A DNA stretch of 64,000 nucleotides. Origin: Amphiscolops sp. MND2022. Lineage: Eukaryota. How positions within the stretch are numbered: position 1 is the stretch's first letter; every line of letters begins with the position of its first letter. The stretch covers positions 13,828,001 to 13,892,000 of the forward strand of contig OZ076409.1 in assembly GCA_964187785.1 (NCBI GenBank), read 5' to 3'. Shown here piece by piece: positions 1-11,000 of this stretch. The notes beneath the pieces were generated by a model. It did no database searches. It saw only the letters and a list, made by a program, of their open reading frames with translations, and had not been told where the DNA came from. A program made the position numbers and the translations under genes.

Positions 1-699
1 GAAAAGTTCAAGTTTGCTGACGTATTACTTACTTTTCTGTAAATGGTCAACGAAAATCGTCAACGAAATCAACTCCCAGGTGCCAAAGTGTCTGATTCAA
101 TAATTTTTCTGTAGTCTCGAAAAATTAGTTCTTTAAAAATGCATTTTCGGAAATACAATTTTGAGCGAATTAACATCTCATGCTTTATCTATGAGTGCTG
201 AGTCTAGTAGTCTTTTCCGTAATGCCTTATGACCAAAATTGATACCTAAGACAGGACAATAAAAAAGCCTTTAGTTTTTGAAAGATTGGTCGAAAAATCA
301 TAACATGAGAGATTCTTAATGTAGAAATTAAGCTATCGTCATAGATCCCAAGTGATTCCAAAGTTTTTTTCTGAAAAATTGAAAGATTTCAATTTTATTA
401 TCCCGACCGTTTTCGCCGCTTTTGACATAGACAGTACGGCATTATGAAAAATATCTTCTTTCTTTGCTCTATTAAAACTTCGTTTTAGTTGCGAACTTAT
501 ATGTTAACTACCAGTTGAATTGTGTTAGTCTCCACATACTGAAAAACGTCTTTTTGTGGATGATATAATAATACAAGAAACGTTTGAGTTTATCATTTGT
601 AGAATCATTCGAGAGTTTTCATAAATTCGCAGAATAGTTAGGCGCTCCAAAGAGTGTGTCCAACATTCGTCATCATACAACTGTTGTGTCTATGATAGT

Positions 700-1081
700 T
701 GTTACGACTATTTACCGGGGTAATTTTACGAGTAGTCGCAGTGGTTTTATTTTTGATCGGTGTTGAAGTTGCATTTTCTGGAATGTTTTCGGATTCAGAA
801 TCTGTTTCCTCAGCGGCAGTTATGATGGTTTGCTTTTTAACAGTAGGAGCTATTGGTTTTAGCATCTCCTTTTGGTTTTCAGCTAAGATTTTAGTAAGAT
901 CAGACATGATCTCTTTTCTCAACGATGATTTGATTTCCTCTAGATTTTCAGTGAGTACTCTAGGAGATTTACTCGTTCCAGCTACTGGATTTGAATTTTG
1001 GCTAGCTTCAGGCAATGGAGTCTCAATTTCAGTAGAAACTAATTCTTCAACAGCTTTTCTCTTCTGGCTTCTAGTAGTCAT
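700..1081 (-). CDS. gag: Gag N-terminus encoded within the LTR (3' LTR copy; runs on into the flank to 638)
   Basis: ORF MTTRSQKRKAVEELV...TPVNSRN is open from ATG 1081 to the LTR end. The same frame in the 5' LTR (from 14527) leads toward the gag body. Confidence 0.65.
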
Positions 1082-2040
1082 TTTTGAGAGAGAGAAAGAG
1101 AGAGGTTATTCTTTGGAAAACTCGAATTCTTCAAAGAAAATATGGTTTTGAAACGAAGTATTAGCGTAGCAGGTTAAAAACAGATTAACAGATCTTACAT
1201 CTTCTCAGGTATATATACTTTCATAGCATCATTTGTTCCTCACCTAAAAATTCCTAGGAATCCTTAAAATCGGTTTTGTTCATCAAAATTGCTTAATCAT
1301 CCTTATTATTTCAACCCTTTGATTAATTGTTCACGATTTAAAATTCCTAGTCACGGCTCTCTTACGGAGTGCTTGTTGAAATCATTTTTGTTCATTACCA
1401 TTGTTTCCGGTTTGATCGCGGAAAAGGCGGCAAAATGGAAGCCTAGTTGAATTTTCATCGCGAAAAGCACGCCGGCGTGATCAATGATTCATTCTGAGAC
1501 TAGTAAAAATCACCTTGTTCACGGTAAAAGAATGACAAGCAAAATTGACTACGGAAATATCTCGGAGTGATTTTAGGTAAATGTGCTGTAAATATTTTGA
1601 AGGGAACAAATGATGCTGGAAAAAACGGTTAATACTGATCAAGAGCTGAGATGGCAAACAATATAGCACAGAATCATTTTAAGTTTCTGAACTAATTTTA
1701 CATGTATTGGAACAAAATGGTTTGATTAATACAGAACAATGGCTCATTTAGCCCAAGGAACATAACATATCAAACGTACAAAACATCTTTTTCAACATGA
1801 AGGAAAGCACCTTTCTTTCAATGATTTCCTTTGTTTTAACCTGTAGTACGATCGATTTTATTAGGTGTTAGACGGGAACAATTCGGGAGGGTATTATTTT
1901 AGTGTTATACTCTTTTAACATTCCTTTTTCGGTTTCGTATAGCATAAGGAATATTTTGATATGTTAGAACAATTTTGATCTTGTAGCGTTTCTTTTTAGT
2001 CGTTCTGTATGTATTAACATTAGGCATAATTTTGTCATTT

Positions 2041-2205
2041 TACAATTTGCTCCGTAAGCGCTCCGTACGTATTAAGATTAGGTATAGCTTCTTCGCATTA
2101 CAATTTGCTCCGTAAGCGCTCCGTACGTATTAAGATTAGGTATAGCTTCTTCGCATTACAATTTGCTCCGTAAGCGCTCCGTACGTATTAAGATTAGGTA
2201 TAGCT
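2041..2205. repeat. 58-bp tandem repeat (~2.8 copies) in LTR U3; second copy at 15489-15653
   Basis: Unit TACAATTTGCTCCGTAAGCGCTCCGTACGTATTAAGATTAGGTATAGCTTCTTCGCAT starts at 2041, 2099 and 2157. Confidence 0.95.
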
Positions 2206-2800
2206 GAGCGGCGTATGCTTGCGGAGGCAGAGCGGACAGCATTAACAAATTCACTCTTATTCTCTCGCACAATTGGCGTTGCTATGGTAACTAGGGATGG
2301 TGGAAGACGACGCTATTGGTCCGTAAAAATAGAAACATCTTACTCTTCAATCAAGCTGAATGACGCCGTCATTACGTTGTAAATATTCTCTTAAGTTGCT
2401 TAACTGCATACTTAAGTGGATATTCACAACTATTCAATCATTGGAAAACAATTCCGCTATTCTCTTTGTATGTTCTTTCATTTTAGATTGTATGAATTCC
2501 GTTGGGACCTCGGAATTGAATTTCATTTTGGTGTTTTCATTTCAGTGTGGAAAAGAAAAAAGGTCCCAAAGTTAAGAATGTTTTTAATTTGTTGTTTAGA
2601 TATGTATGGAATTTTCAGCTGACGAAACCGGAAGTAACGGAACGGTTACGCATGAAAACTTTATACCGGAAGTTTCGTTCTGTCTAAAATCACTTTCGGA
2701 TATTTTGCTTATCGCTTTCGTTAGACAAAAATCCTTTTGTTCTGATTATTAGCTCGTACTACAGTTAAACAAAGGTAAGTGAACAGTTAGGGTTTTTTAC

Positions 2801-3451
2801 CTAGTTTTGCGGGGTATTGCCATGTCCTCTGCCTTTTGCGAACTTCGGTATTCCTCCGCAACAGGAAAAATCCCGACCGGGAGCGGGTCGTGACAGGGCG
2901 CCTCTATAACTTGTTGACCACGGCCTGGGGCACTGTGGGATCTCTCTGGCAATTAGTACGGGCTGCTTTCGTGCTCTTTTGATTCTCGCACAGGTAAATG
3001 AATTCACTCTACCGGCGGTGCAGTAGTAGTCTTCTGTCAAAGACAGACCGTGAGTCTCTTCTATTTCTTTGATGGAAGGCTCGTCTAGATCATTTAACTT
3101 CTCAGTCTTTGACGGGGGAGCGTATTCCTTTTCGTTTGTGATGTCGGCGAGTATAGGGGCACGGGTCAGTTCGGGCATCTCTCGAGATGAGTCCGGTTCT
3201 TCGTAGTAGTCTTCCGAATTTTCTTTCTGGTGAGACTCGACGATGAAAGTTTCTTCCGCATCTGACTGGAAAGTCGATACTGATTCTTGGGTAGAATTAA
3301 GGTCCGCCTCGCTTCCTCGCCATACTTCTACAGAGGAATCACTCAAATTGAGTCTCCCCACCATGTTTAAGGGTAGGGTTTTGATTGGTGTACTATATCT
3401 GTGATTTTCTTCATCCGAAGAGATGTCAATGACAAGGGCATAGTTGTCCAT
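2801..3451 (-). CDS. Accessory ORF of the retrotransposon, 216-aa acidic, probably disordered protein of unknown function; stop lies inside the 3' LTR
   Basis: Uninterrupted ATG-initiated ORF preceded by AAAAA, rich in S/E/D, N-terminal VIDISSDEE motif. Confidence 0.65.
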   Translation of the reverse strand: MDNYALVIDISSDEENHRYSTPIKTLPLNMVGRLNLSDSSVEVWRGSEADLNSTQESVSTFQSDAEETFIVESHQKENSEDYYEEPDSSREMPELTRAPILADITNEKEYAPPSKTEKLNDLDEPSIKEIEETHGLSLTEDYYCTAGRVNSFTCARIKRARKQPVLIAREIPQCPRPWSTSYRGALSRPAPGRDFSCCGGIPKFAKGRGHGNTPQN

Positions 3452-3942
3452 TTTTCTTTCAGCGATTTTTGTCTAAGTCTTGAAGAATTAATTCTGGGTA
3501 GACTTTTCTTTACGTTTATTGTACGGCAAATGAAGAGGTCAATTTTTCTTTATTCATGTTTTTCCTGTATTCCCATTGGTTGATATTTTCATCTTATTTC
3601 AGTTTGTTTTATCTTCGGAAAGCGTTTCACTTCCATCTGCGCTGTGATTGGCTGAACCGAATAACTGAAGTTTCTAATTTTGAACTTCGCCATGACGTCA
3701 TCAATTTCTTTCCGGAGGGATATCGTTTGTGTGACGTCATGGCATGCAAAATATTTCCTCTTTCGTAGTATTTTTGCTTGATTTGACCAATTTGTAATTC
3801 GTTAAACTTCCGTTAACGTTTTCCTTAAGCTTAGACGTTTCTGAAAAATTCAGATTGCTTTTTTTCCTTTTGACTGTATCTTCCTAATTGTTCTTTTCTT
3901 GTTTTAGATCGTTTTGAAGATTTCTTCCGCTGCTTGCCCGCG
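3452..3942. promoter_or_regulatory. Candidate bidirectional internal promoter
   Basis: Spacer between divergent ATGs (3451 minus, 3943 plus). Perfect TGACGTCA at 3693-3700 and 3732-3739; ATTGG/CCAAT near 3576, 3647 and 3788. Confidence 0.55.
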
Positions 3943-6900
3943 ATGGAGAATGAAGGTAATCCCCCCATGTGCCTTCTGTTGGTTTCCTTAGTGGGAATGA
4001 AACAACATTTAATTACACCGATGACGATGTGCAATCGGAGACAGAATTTGTTCGTGCTAGGGCAGGTTGGTAAAATCTTTCTGACTTCCATGGGTAATTG
4101 GACTATCTTGTTTTTGGTGATCAGCCTTTTTGTAGTCTTACCCGTAACTCTGACGCGTCAAACCAGATCTTGATTTTCAGTACCTCAACCTGTCTCAACT
4201 TCAGCCGCTAATACTTGTGTCACTTCCGCGGCAGTAGTTGTTTCCAGTTCTTCCGTGTTGCCTCCGGTTTCAACCGTTCTGACTGTTCGTGCTTCTGTCA
4301 ATGATATGCTGACTGCCGCGCTTAGTGCGTCTGAATCTGGGCCTTCATCCGGGCTTTTCCTTTCGTGTTCCGCCGAAGATCCAGCGAGTGCCGGCGTTGA
4401 TCCTGATGAGAGGCAACCCCACGTCCCCGATCCTGTTCCTTCCCCTCCTGATGTTTCGGATAGTGAGTCTCAAGGAGGTGAGACTGATGCCCCCCTCATC
4501 CAGATTGCGAAGAAGGGTTTGTAATTTTGAATGACCAGACTAAGCTAGTTTGTGGTGTTATTTATAAATCTTGCTTGTTTTTTGTTGGCCAGGTGAACCG
4601 AGTGCTGCCCGTAGGACGTCGGTCAATTTTGCAACCCCGCCTAAACGTGCTAAAAGGATTGTTCCTCCGCCTCCACCGTTGACTCGTGCTCCTGGGTGGA
4701 TTAGTCAATGTTTTTCTTTGACGATAATCATTATCTTCTGTGTTTGATATTAGGGGGGTAATTGATGTTATTTTGTTCAGGTCAAGATGAGCCGGAGCCT
4801 CTGCTTCTCACTGGTGGTACTGCTCTCATTTCGCAGGATATAATGGAATTTGGGCGTCAGCTTGCAGGCTAGGTGGAGACTCGGCTTCAGACCGGTTGGT
4901 TCTTTCTTCTTTCTTTTTTTTTCTCTTGGTGGCAATACTTTGTTGCATATGGCGGTTTACTCAATGGTTGTTGGTGTATGTTCTAGGTCTTGACGATTTT
5001 GTTGAGAAGATGGCCTAAGGAGAAGGAATACAGCAGCCGCAATTACCTTCATCGACGGATGCTAAATCTCCATCCAGCGTTCCCCGATTTTATGTCGGGG
5101 CCTCGGAGTGGTAACGGCAAGTTTTTCTTCTGTCGCGTTTGTCGCCGAGATGTCGGTATGAAGGCTCACGGCTCCGGTGAATTTGCTCGTCACTTCCAGT
5201 CCGACAGTCACTGGTTCAAGGATGTGACTTATCGTGTACACATGAAGTTACCAGTGTTGAACAGGCTTATGGAGCCAATGGAGTTGTCTGCTAGTCAATT
5301 AGCGGAGTATCAATCGCGGCCTTTTGAAGATCTTAGTGAGGGATACCTGTTCCCTGAAGAGCTATTGCCGAAACACTCTCGGGTTGGTTCGAAAGTGCCT
5401 TTCATGACTTTGGTGGGCTGTCTGTGCGAGCTGTTACGTAGTGGAGGCGATTTCTTGTTGCTTCGTCGATTGTGGGGCCACTTTCTTGCGTCGTTGAGCG
5501 AGGAGCAGGGGCCGCAGTTTGCTTTAAATTGGAGTCGTTCCGAGACCGTGGTTAGTTTTTTATGTAGGGTTCTTTTTCTTTTCTAATTTTCTCTAACGTG
5601 TCCCCTCTTTCTTATTTGTAAGGTGTTTTCCTCAGAAATGCAAGTCCAGTGTTTTCAGAGGTAGTTTTGACTGTGCGTTTTTTTAGTCGTTTCTGTGCCG
5701 AGGTCTTGCTCCGCGGGTGTTGCGTTCTATGCTTAGCAGCATCATGAGTTTCCGGAGCTATGGCGTCCAATTTGAGAAGGAGTGTGGGGATGAGCGCTGC
5801 TACGTTGTGTATTGGGACGACAAGGATGTCAAGAAGATTTGTGTTGGCTGTGAAACTTTGGATCAGGCTGTACCCCTGCCGGAATTGTTGCCTTTGTCCA
5901 AAGTTGTTGGTAGTTTGAGCGCAAGCCAGTTGCCTATATCTATTCTCGGGGCTAGTCCGTCTTCGATCCGGGTGCTGGACGACAATCGCGCTGATGGACG
6001 TCGGTTTGTGGTGCATCAAACCTTTGATGAAGAGACGTTACTCCAGTGTGTGCTGCAGGCTGACAAAGATGTTTTCGGAATGGTCAGCATAGTAACTTTA
6101 GTGGAGTATTTAATTCATCGTCTCAAGAGTGCGTTGTACGAGGAGTGGACAGAGGATAAATTTGTTCTTCGTTAATGTGTACGTCAGGGCTCCGTGGACT
6201 TTGCTGATTACCGTCAATTTATATCCGACGTTATTGATCTGTGGCCAATAATACGACCTTTCGTTCGATGTACAGGCCATCCCGAAGCTAAGGAGAAAGC
6301 TGATACCGTTAGTTGTTTCTTCTTATTCGTCACGTGTGTCTTTCCTTCCCCTTCTCCCCCTCTTTTTTTGTCGCATTTCTATGCTTGTTGCTTTCCTCTG
6401 ATACAGTAGGTGTTTGTTTCTAGATGAAGGGGACAGACTGGCATATTATTGCGGACAATATGACGCCGTATCGTTTCGGTTTGTTGCGGCTAGTTCTCGA
6501 TACTTGTGAGTATATCATGCTGGATTGTTTTGTGTTGTGACTGTTCTCTTGTCTCCAACTGTTTGAGTACTGTTTTGTGTTTTTTTCTGTTGTTTCCAAG
6601 TGGTTTGCGTGATGGCTTTCTTGACTATTTCAATCTGTTTTAGTTCACGTCAATTGTGCCAAGTTGTTGCAGCGACGGAGCGACTACGGGTTCCACGGAT
6701 ATGGCGAACTGTGTGACCTCGTGTATTGTTTACTACTAAAGACGCGGCGCACTGAAAGGTTGCCTACTTTGAATGAGTGGGAGAAATTTATGGATGTAGA
6801 GAAGGTTGCTGAGTTCCCTCCGATCGCCATGGAGTCTTTTCTTGCTGGTTCTGATTATGGGCGTGAGTTACTGGCTGGAAAGACAAATGAGTTCTCTACG

Positions 6901-7857
6901 TTTCGCGTGCGATGTCGGGAGTTTCTTGGCCGACTGATTGTGGTGATTTTGGAGAGTCCCAGCGCATCATCCCGGGTGTCTCGCGGGTTATACAGTTTTT
7001 GTCCAGAGCTACTGTTAGAAGGTGACGGACAGTTAGTTTTCCGCCTATTTTCCGATCTTTGTCGGATCTTGGAGACTTGTGGGGCCCTATTGTCTGATGA
7101 ATCAAAAGCTGCAGTAAAGGAGTTCAGTAGTTACGTTGTGGAGAGGCGTTCTCATCACGAGGCATCTATGGGGGTGGCTAGTGAGATTCCTGACATCGTG
7201 AGTTGGCTGCTGCGCGATTTTGGTTTTCAAGCTCGTGTGCATGCTTGTCGAGTTTTGAAACTGTGTGTGTTGATTACGGGCAGGCCTCGTGAGAATTATC
7301 CTGTCGTAACTTTCGACGTAAGTGGGAGTAAATTATCTGTACAGAAGTTCCGCGAGTGTTTGCTCTTGGTACAGAGTTATGTGTTGAGCCCTGGGTATTC
7401 ACATAAATGCTTTTTTACTGATCCTACTATGGACGCTGTGGAAGAGGCAATCGCTGATGCTGGGGTGTTTTACGTGGCTCCGAACTTTGATCTGTGGACC
7501 GAATTTTGTAGTGGGATTGCCGAGGCGTTTGCGTCCCGATATCAGGGCCTATACGATGCCTTTTTACAGGGTCGCCGTCAGTCTTTCGAGTCTTGTTATT
7601 CTGATCTCAATAAGAGTAATCGTCTTGCCCGCGCATTGCAGGGTACGTCTGTGGCAGCAACGAGTGGTGGCAATGTTTCTGTGTCGGCAAAAGGGAAGGG
7701 CCCTAGTCAACGTGCTGGGTCTGCTGGGAAGTCAAGTTCTAGTAAAGAGGCTACTACGAGTTCCAGTCCCCAGAAGAAAAATAAGAAGAAGCCTAAGAAA
7801 GTAAAAGACAGCGCCGATGAGGATCCGGAAGTCTTTCATAAACTGAAGAAATTGTAG
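3943..7857 (+). pseudogene. Antisense 8-exon gene inside the LTR element: C2H2/BED-like zinc finger plus hAT-transposase-like body, ~1050 aa, with a few recent lesions
   Basis: Predicted exons 3943-4065, 4181-4516, 4593-4694, 4781-4894, 4987-5550, 5687-6307, 6424-6505, 6644-7857, joined in phase. Introns are 76-138 nt, T-rich, GT..AG (intron 3 donor reads GG). Lesions: frameshifts near 3961-3966 and 5014, stops at 4870 and 6173. Motif FFCRVCRRDV...GEFARHFQSDSH; Lys-rich C-terminal tail. Confidence 0.85.
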
Positions 7858-8038
7858 CACTCTGTGTTTGTGTGATTTATTCTGGTTATTGGCTTTTGCA
7901 GTTTTGTTGTTGATATATAGAGACTGCCTGAGAATCGTATTCTCTTTTTTATGTGTATTTTTGTAGTTTTAGTGTAATAAGGAGGAACCAAATTAACATA
8001 GCCATCTCGGTTCGGTTTGGGTCTCTGATCGTTTTTAT

Positions 8039-11000
8039 CTAATTTTGAGTTTGAGGATTCTCTTCCGTGATGATTGCGTCAAGTATCCTAAAGTTGGGGT
8101 GCGCGTTAGGTTTAGGATTAGGACGTAAGTTATATCTTCCTGTTTTTCTGGGATTGTATCCAAAAACTATAGGCGGCAGTGTAGGTGGTATTGGGGGGCT
8201 TTCTGTAGGCGGCGGGCTCATTGTGAAAGGGTTATCGCTGACGTCTAAGTTAAATGACGTATTATCTTCGGAGGATGTTTTATCTATCGTTGTACTCTCA
8301 TCTGCAGTTGTTATAACTGTTTCATGGTCCGTTGTATTTCCGTCTTCAGTTCGTATTTCCGTGATAGTAGCTTCTTCAGTGTTGTTTTCCGTTGGGGCTC
8401 CGAACAGAACTTCCCCGAATTCGGTTTCCCAAGCTTGCGCGTACCAATCATCATGGGTTGTTTTAACCTCAGGATCTGGAAGCTGATCTTCCACTTTGAC
8501 TGTTACGTCAGGTACTCGTTGATTGGGCGCGTATAGCCTTAGGCGAATTCTATGGAGGGTTTGCGTGTATCTTGTTCCCGTCCGTCTTACAACGTAATTG
8601 TTATTGGAAAGGACTTTGACCACTATGTATGGCCCTGTCCAAATGCAATCTTTGAAAGCGAATTTCATTGACTGGTTATCAGCCTTCGGATTCAGGTCGT
8701 AGCAATAGTCATTGATTTTCAATGGCGTTGCTGTCGCTTTTTTTATCGTAGTATCGTTTATACTTCAAATATGATTGCATGAGGTTGTCCTTGGCTGACT
8801 GGTGGATTTCGATGATTTGTTTTTGTAATTCATCCGTTAGGTCTTCGTTGGCGTCTTTCTTCCATTCTGGCTTGAGTCCCAGTTTGATGTCCAGAATGTT
8901 GTACGGGATGCGTCCGTGGAATACTGTTGTCGGTTCGCAGCCTAGGCTTTCGTTGTAGCTTGTGTTGTAGTTCATGAATGCAATTTGTACATATTTGTGC
9001 CACACTGAACGTCGTTCTCCCGTTGATATTTTTAAGGACGTTTTTAGTGATGCGTGCGTTCTCTCAAGTATTCCAATCGTTTGTGCATGTTTCGTTGTTG
9101 CGTGGCTAATTCGTATGTCAAGAGTTTGTGCTATCTGATTTACAACATCTGATCGGAATCGTGATCCTTTGTCAGTGAGGATTATTGTAGGCAGGTAACA
9201 ATGGCGTGTCATTACGTCGATTATGCATCGGCCTACTGTTCTGGCTGTCATATCTTGCGTAGGGTATGCGAATAGGTATCGAGAGAAAACATCCATCATT
9301 GTTATGATGTGCCTGTATCCGTTGGATGAAGACAGATTAGGCAGAATGTCGACTTCTAAGCAGTCCTCTGGGCCAAAGGTAAATTCTGTGTTGCTCAGTA
9401 TTTTTGGGCGTATTTGTCTTGTGTCGATCCGTTTGTTGGCTATGCAGTCAGGGCAGTTGGTTACCCAGGCTCTAATATTCCGTGCAAGTCCCGGGTAGTA
9501 GTATTTTGTTCGGCTTTCTTGGATCATTTTTGTTATTCCTGAATGTTTGTTGGTTTTTCCGTGCAGAGTTGATAGGAGTTCGGAGACTATGTGTTTTGGT
9601 ATGAGGATTTGATGATGCGTGATTGTGCCATTCTCTCCGTAGTATTTGCGCATGAGAACTCCATCTTTGACTATTATTCTCTCTTCGTGACGTAGCAAGT
9701 TTCTCCCTCTTGGTTCAGTTTTGAGGAGGTGTTTGTCATATTCTTCGTGGAGTAGACGTAGCTTTAGTGCTTTTAGGATTGGATCTGCATCATGTTCATT
9801 GCGTATTCGGGCGTTTTCTTTGATTGCTCCAAATGCGTAGACTGCGGTATTGAGCGGTATATGGACTACTTCTGTTATTTCAGTGGATAGGTTTTGTTGT
9901 TCTTTTTCGTCCACTGCTCGTTGTTTGCTGAGAGCTTTTCTCGCAAAAGTTTCTTGTTCTGATTCTTCTTCCTCGTCTGGTAGGAAAAAAGTTGTTCTTC
10001 GTCAGCAACATCTGTGGACTGTAGGTTGACTTCGATGGGTGCCGTTATAATGTCGTCTCGTAGCTTGAGCTGGACCCTTTCTTTGGGCGTTAGTTCCAGA
10101 CGAGAGAGAAAATCGACTGCTGTGTTTTGTGACCCGGCTACGTGCATAATGCGGAATTTGAATTGTAGAACGTAGTCACAAGCGTTCCAGAGCGCAGGTC
10201 GAGTTGTCTTTGTTTGGAAAAACCTTGTTACTGATATATTGTCCGTTAAGACTAGAGTTGGTAGTGTCGTTTCCCATAAGATGTGACTGTTTTCTAGGAA
10301 TGCATGGTAAATGACAAGGAACTCTTCGCAGTATATTGACATTTTCAGCTGTGACGGCGAGAATACGCGGGAGCCAAAAGCGACCGGAGCGAAAGTTTTC
10401 CGTTTGGAGAGTAGCTTTTTATCATCGTTTTCTTCTATCATTAGGGCATAGCCTGATGCCCGGAAGCTTGCGTCCGTCATTAGTACGTATCGTTTTCCCG
10501 CAACTGGTTGCCTGAGGGCTAGTCCACATGCTTCCGCTAGGCTTGCGTTGATGGCTTTGAAGTTGTCGACTAGTTCTTCTGATATGGTGATTTTGGCATC
10601 TGCTTTTAGGAGTTCATACATTCCGATCATCTTTTCAGACAGTCTCGGTATGTAGTTTCTGTAGTAATTGATAAATCCATTGTATTTCTGGACTTGTTTC
10701 TTTGATCGGGGAAATCTGATTTTTGACAAAAAATTGGTGATTTTGTGATCTTGCGGTGCTACTCCGTGGGGTGTGATGGTTCTTCCCAGGAATTCGATTT
10801 GGGTGACGCCAAAGTGGCATTTTTCAATTGGGAGTTTTAGTCCGGCTTTGCGGATGCATTTGAAGACTGCTCTGATGTTCTTGATGAGTTGTTCCGTTGT
10901 GTTGGCGGCAATCCCAATGTCGTCCACGTATTGGACACACTGGTCGGCTTTGATGACGGTGTCGAGGTATTCCCGCATGAAGCTCGAAAAGGCCGACAAG

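Larger units (their letters stand above)
700..2895 (-). repeat. 3' LTR (complete, 2196 bp)
   Basis: TG...CA ends with imperfect terminal inverted repeat TGT(T/C)ACGAC. 780-2895 aligns to 14226-16343 with roughly 25-30 differences counted by eye. Confidence 0.95.

Noticed and set aside
699..1151. Hydrophobic 150-aa plus-strand ORF as a membrane or env protein (also 14208-14597)
   Set aside because: Antisense shadow of the A/C-rich gag N-terminal frame; non-ATG start.
2041..2205. CRISPR-like array
   Set aside because: Contiguous identical 58-bp units with no unique spacers, inside a eukaryotic LTR, and no cas genes.
3943..7857. Extra gene as env, or as a nested host gene or DNA transposon
   Set aside because: Wrong strand for env, with no signal peptide or TM anchor. 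No TIR/TSD found around it, and its decay level matches gag-pol.
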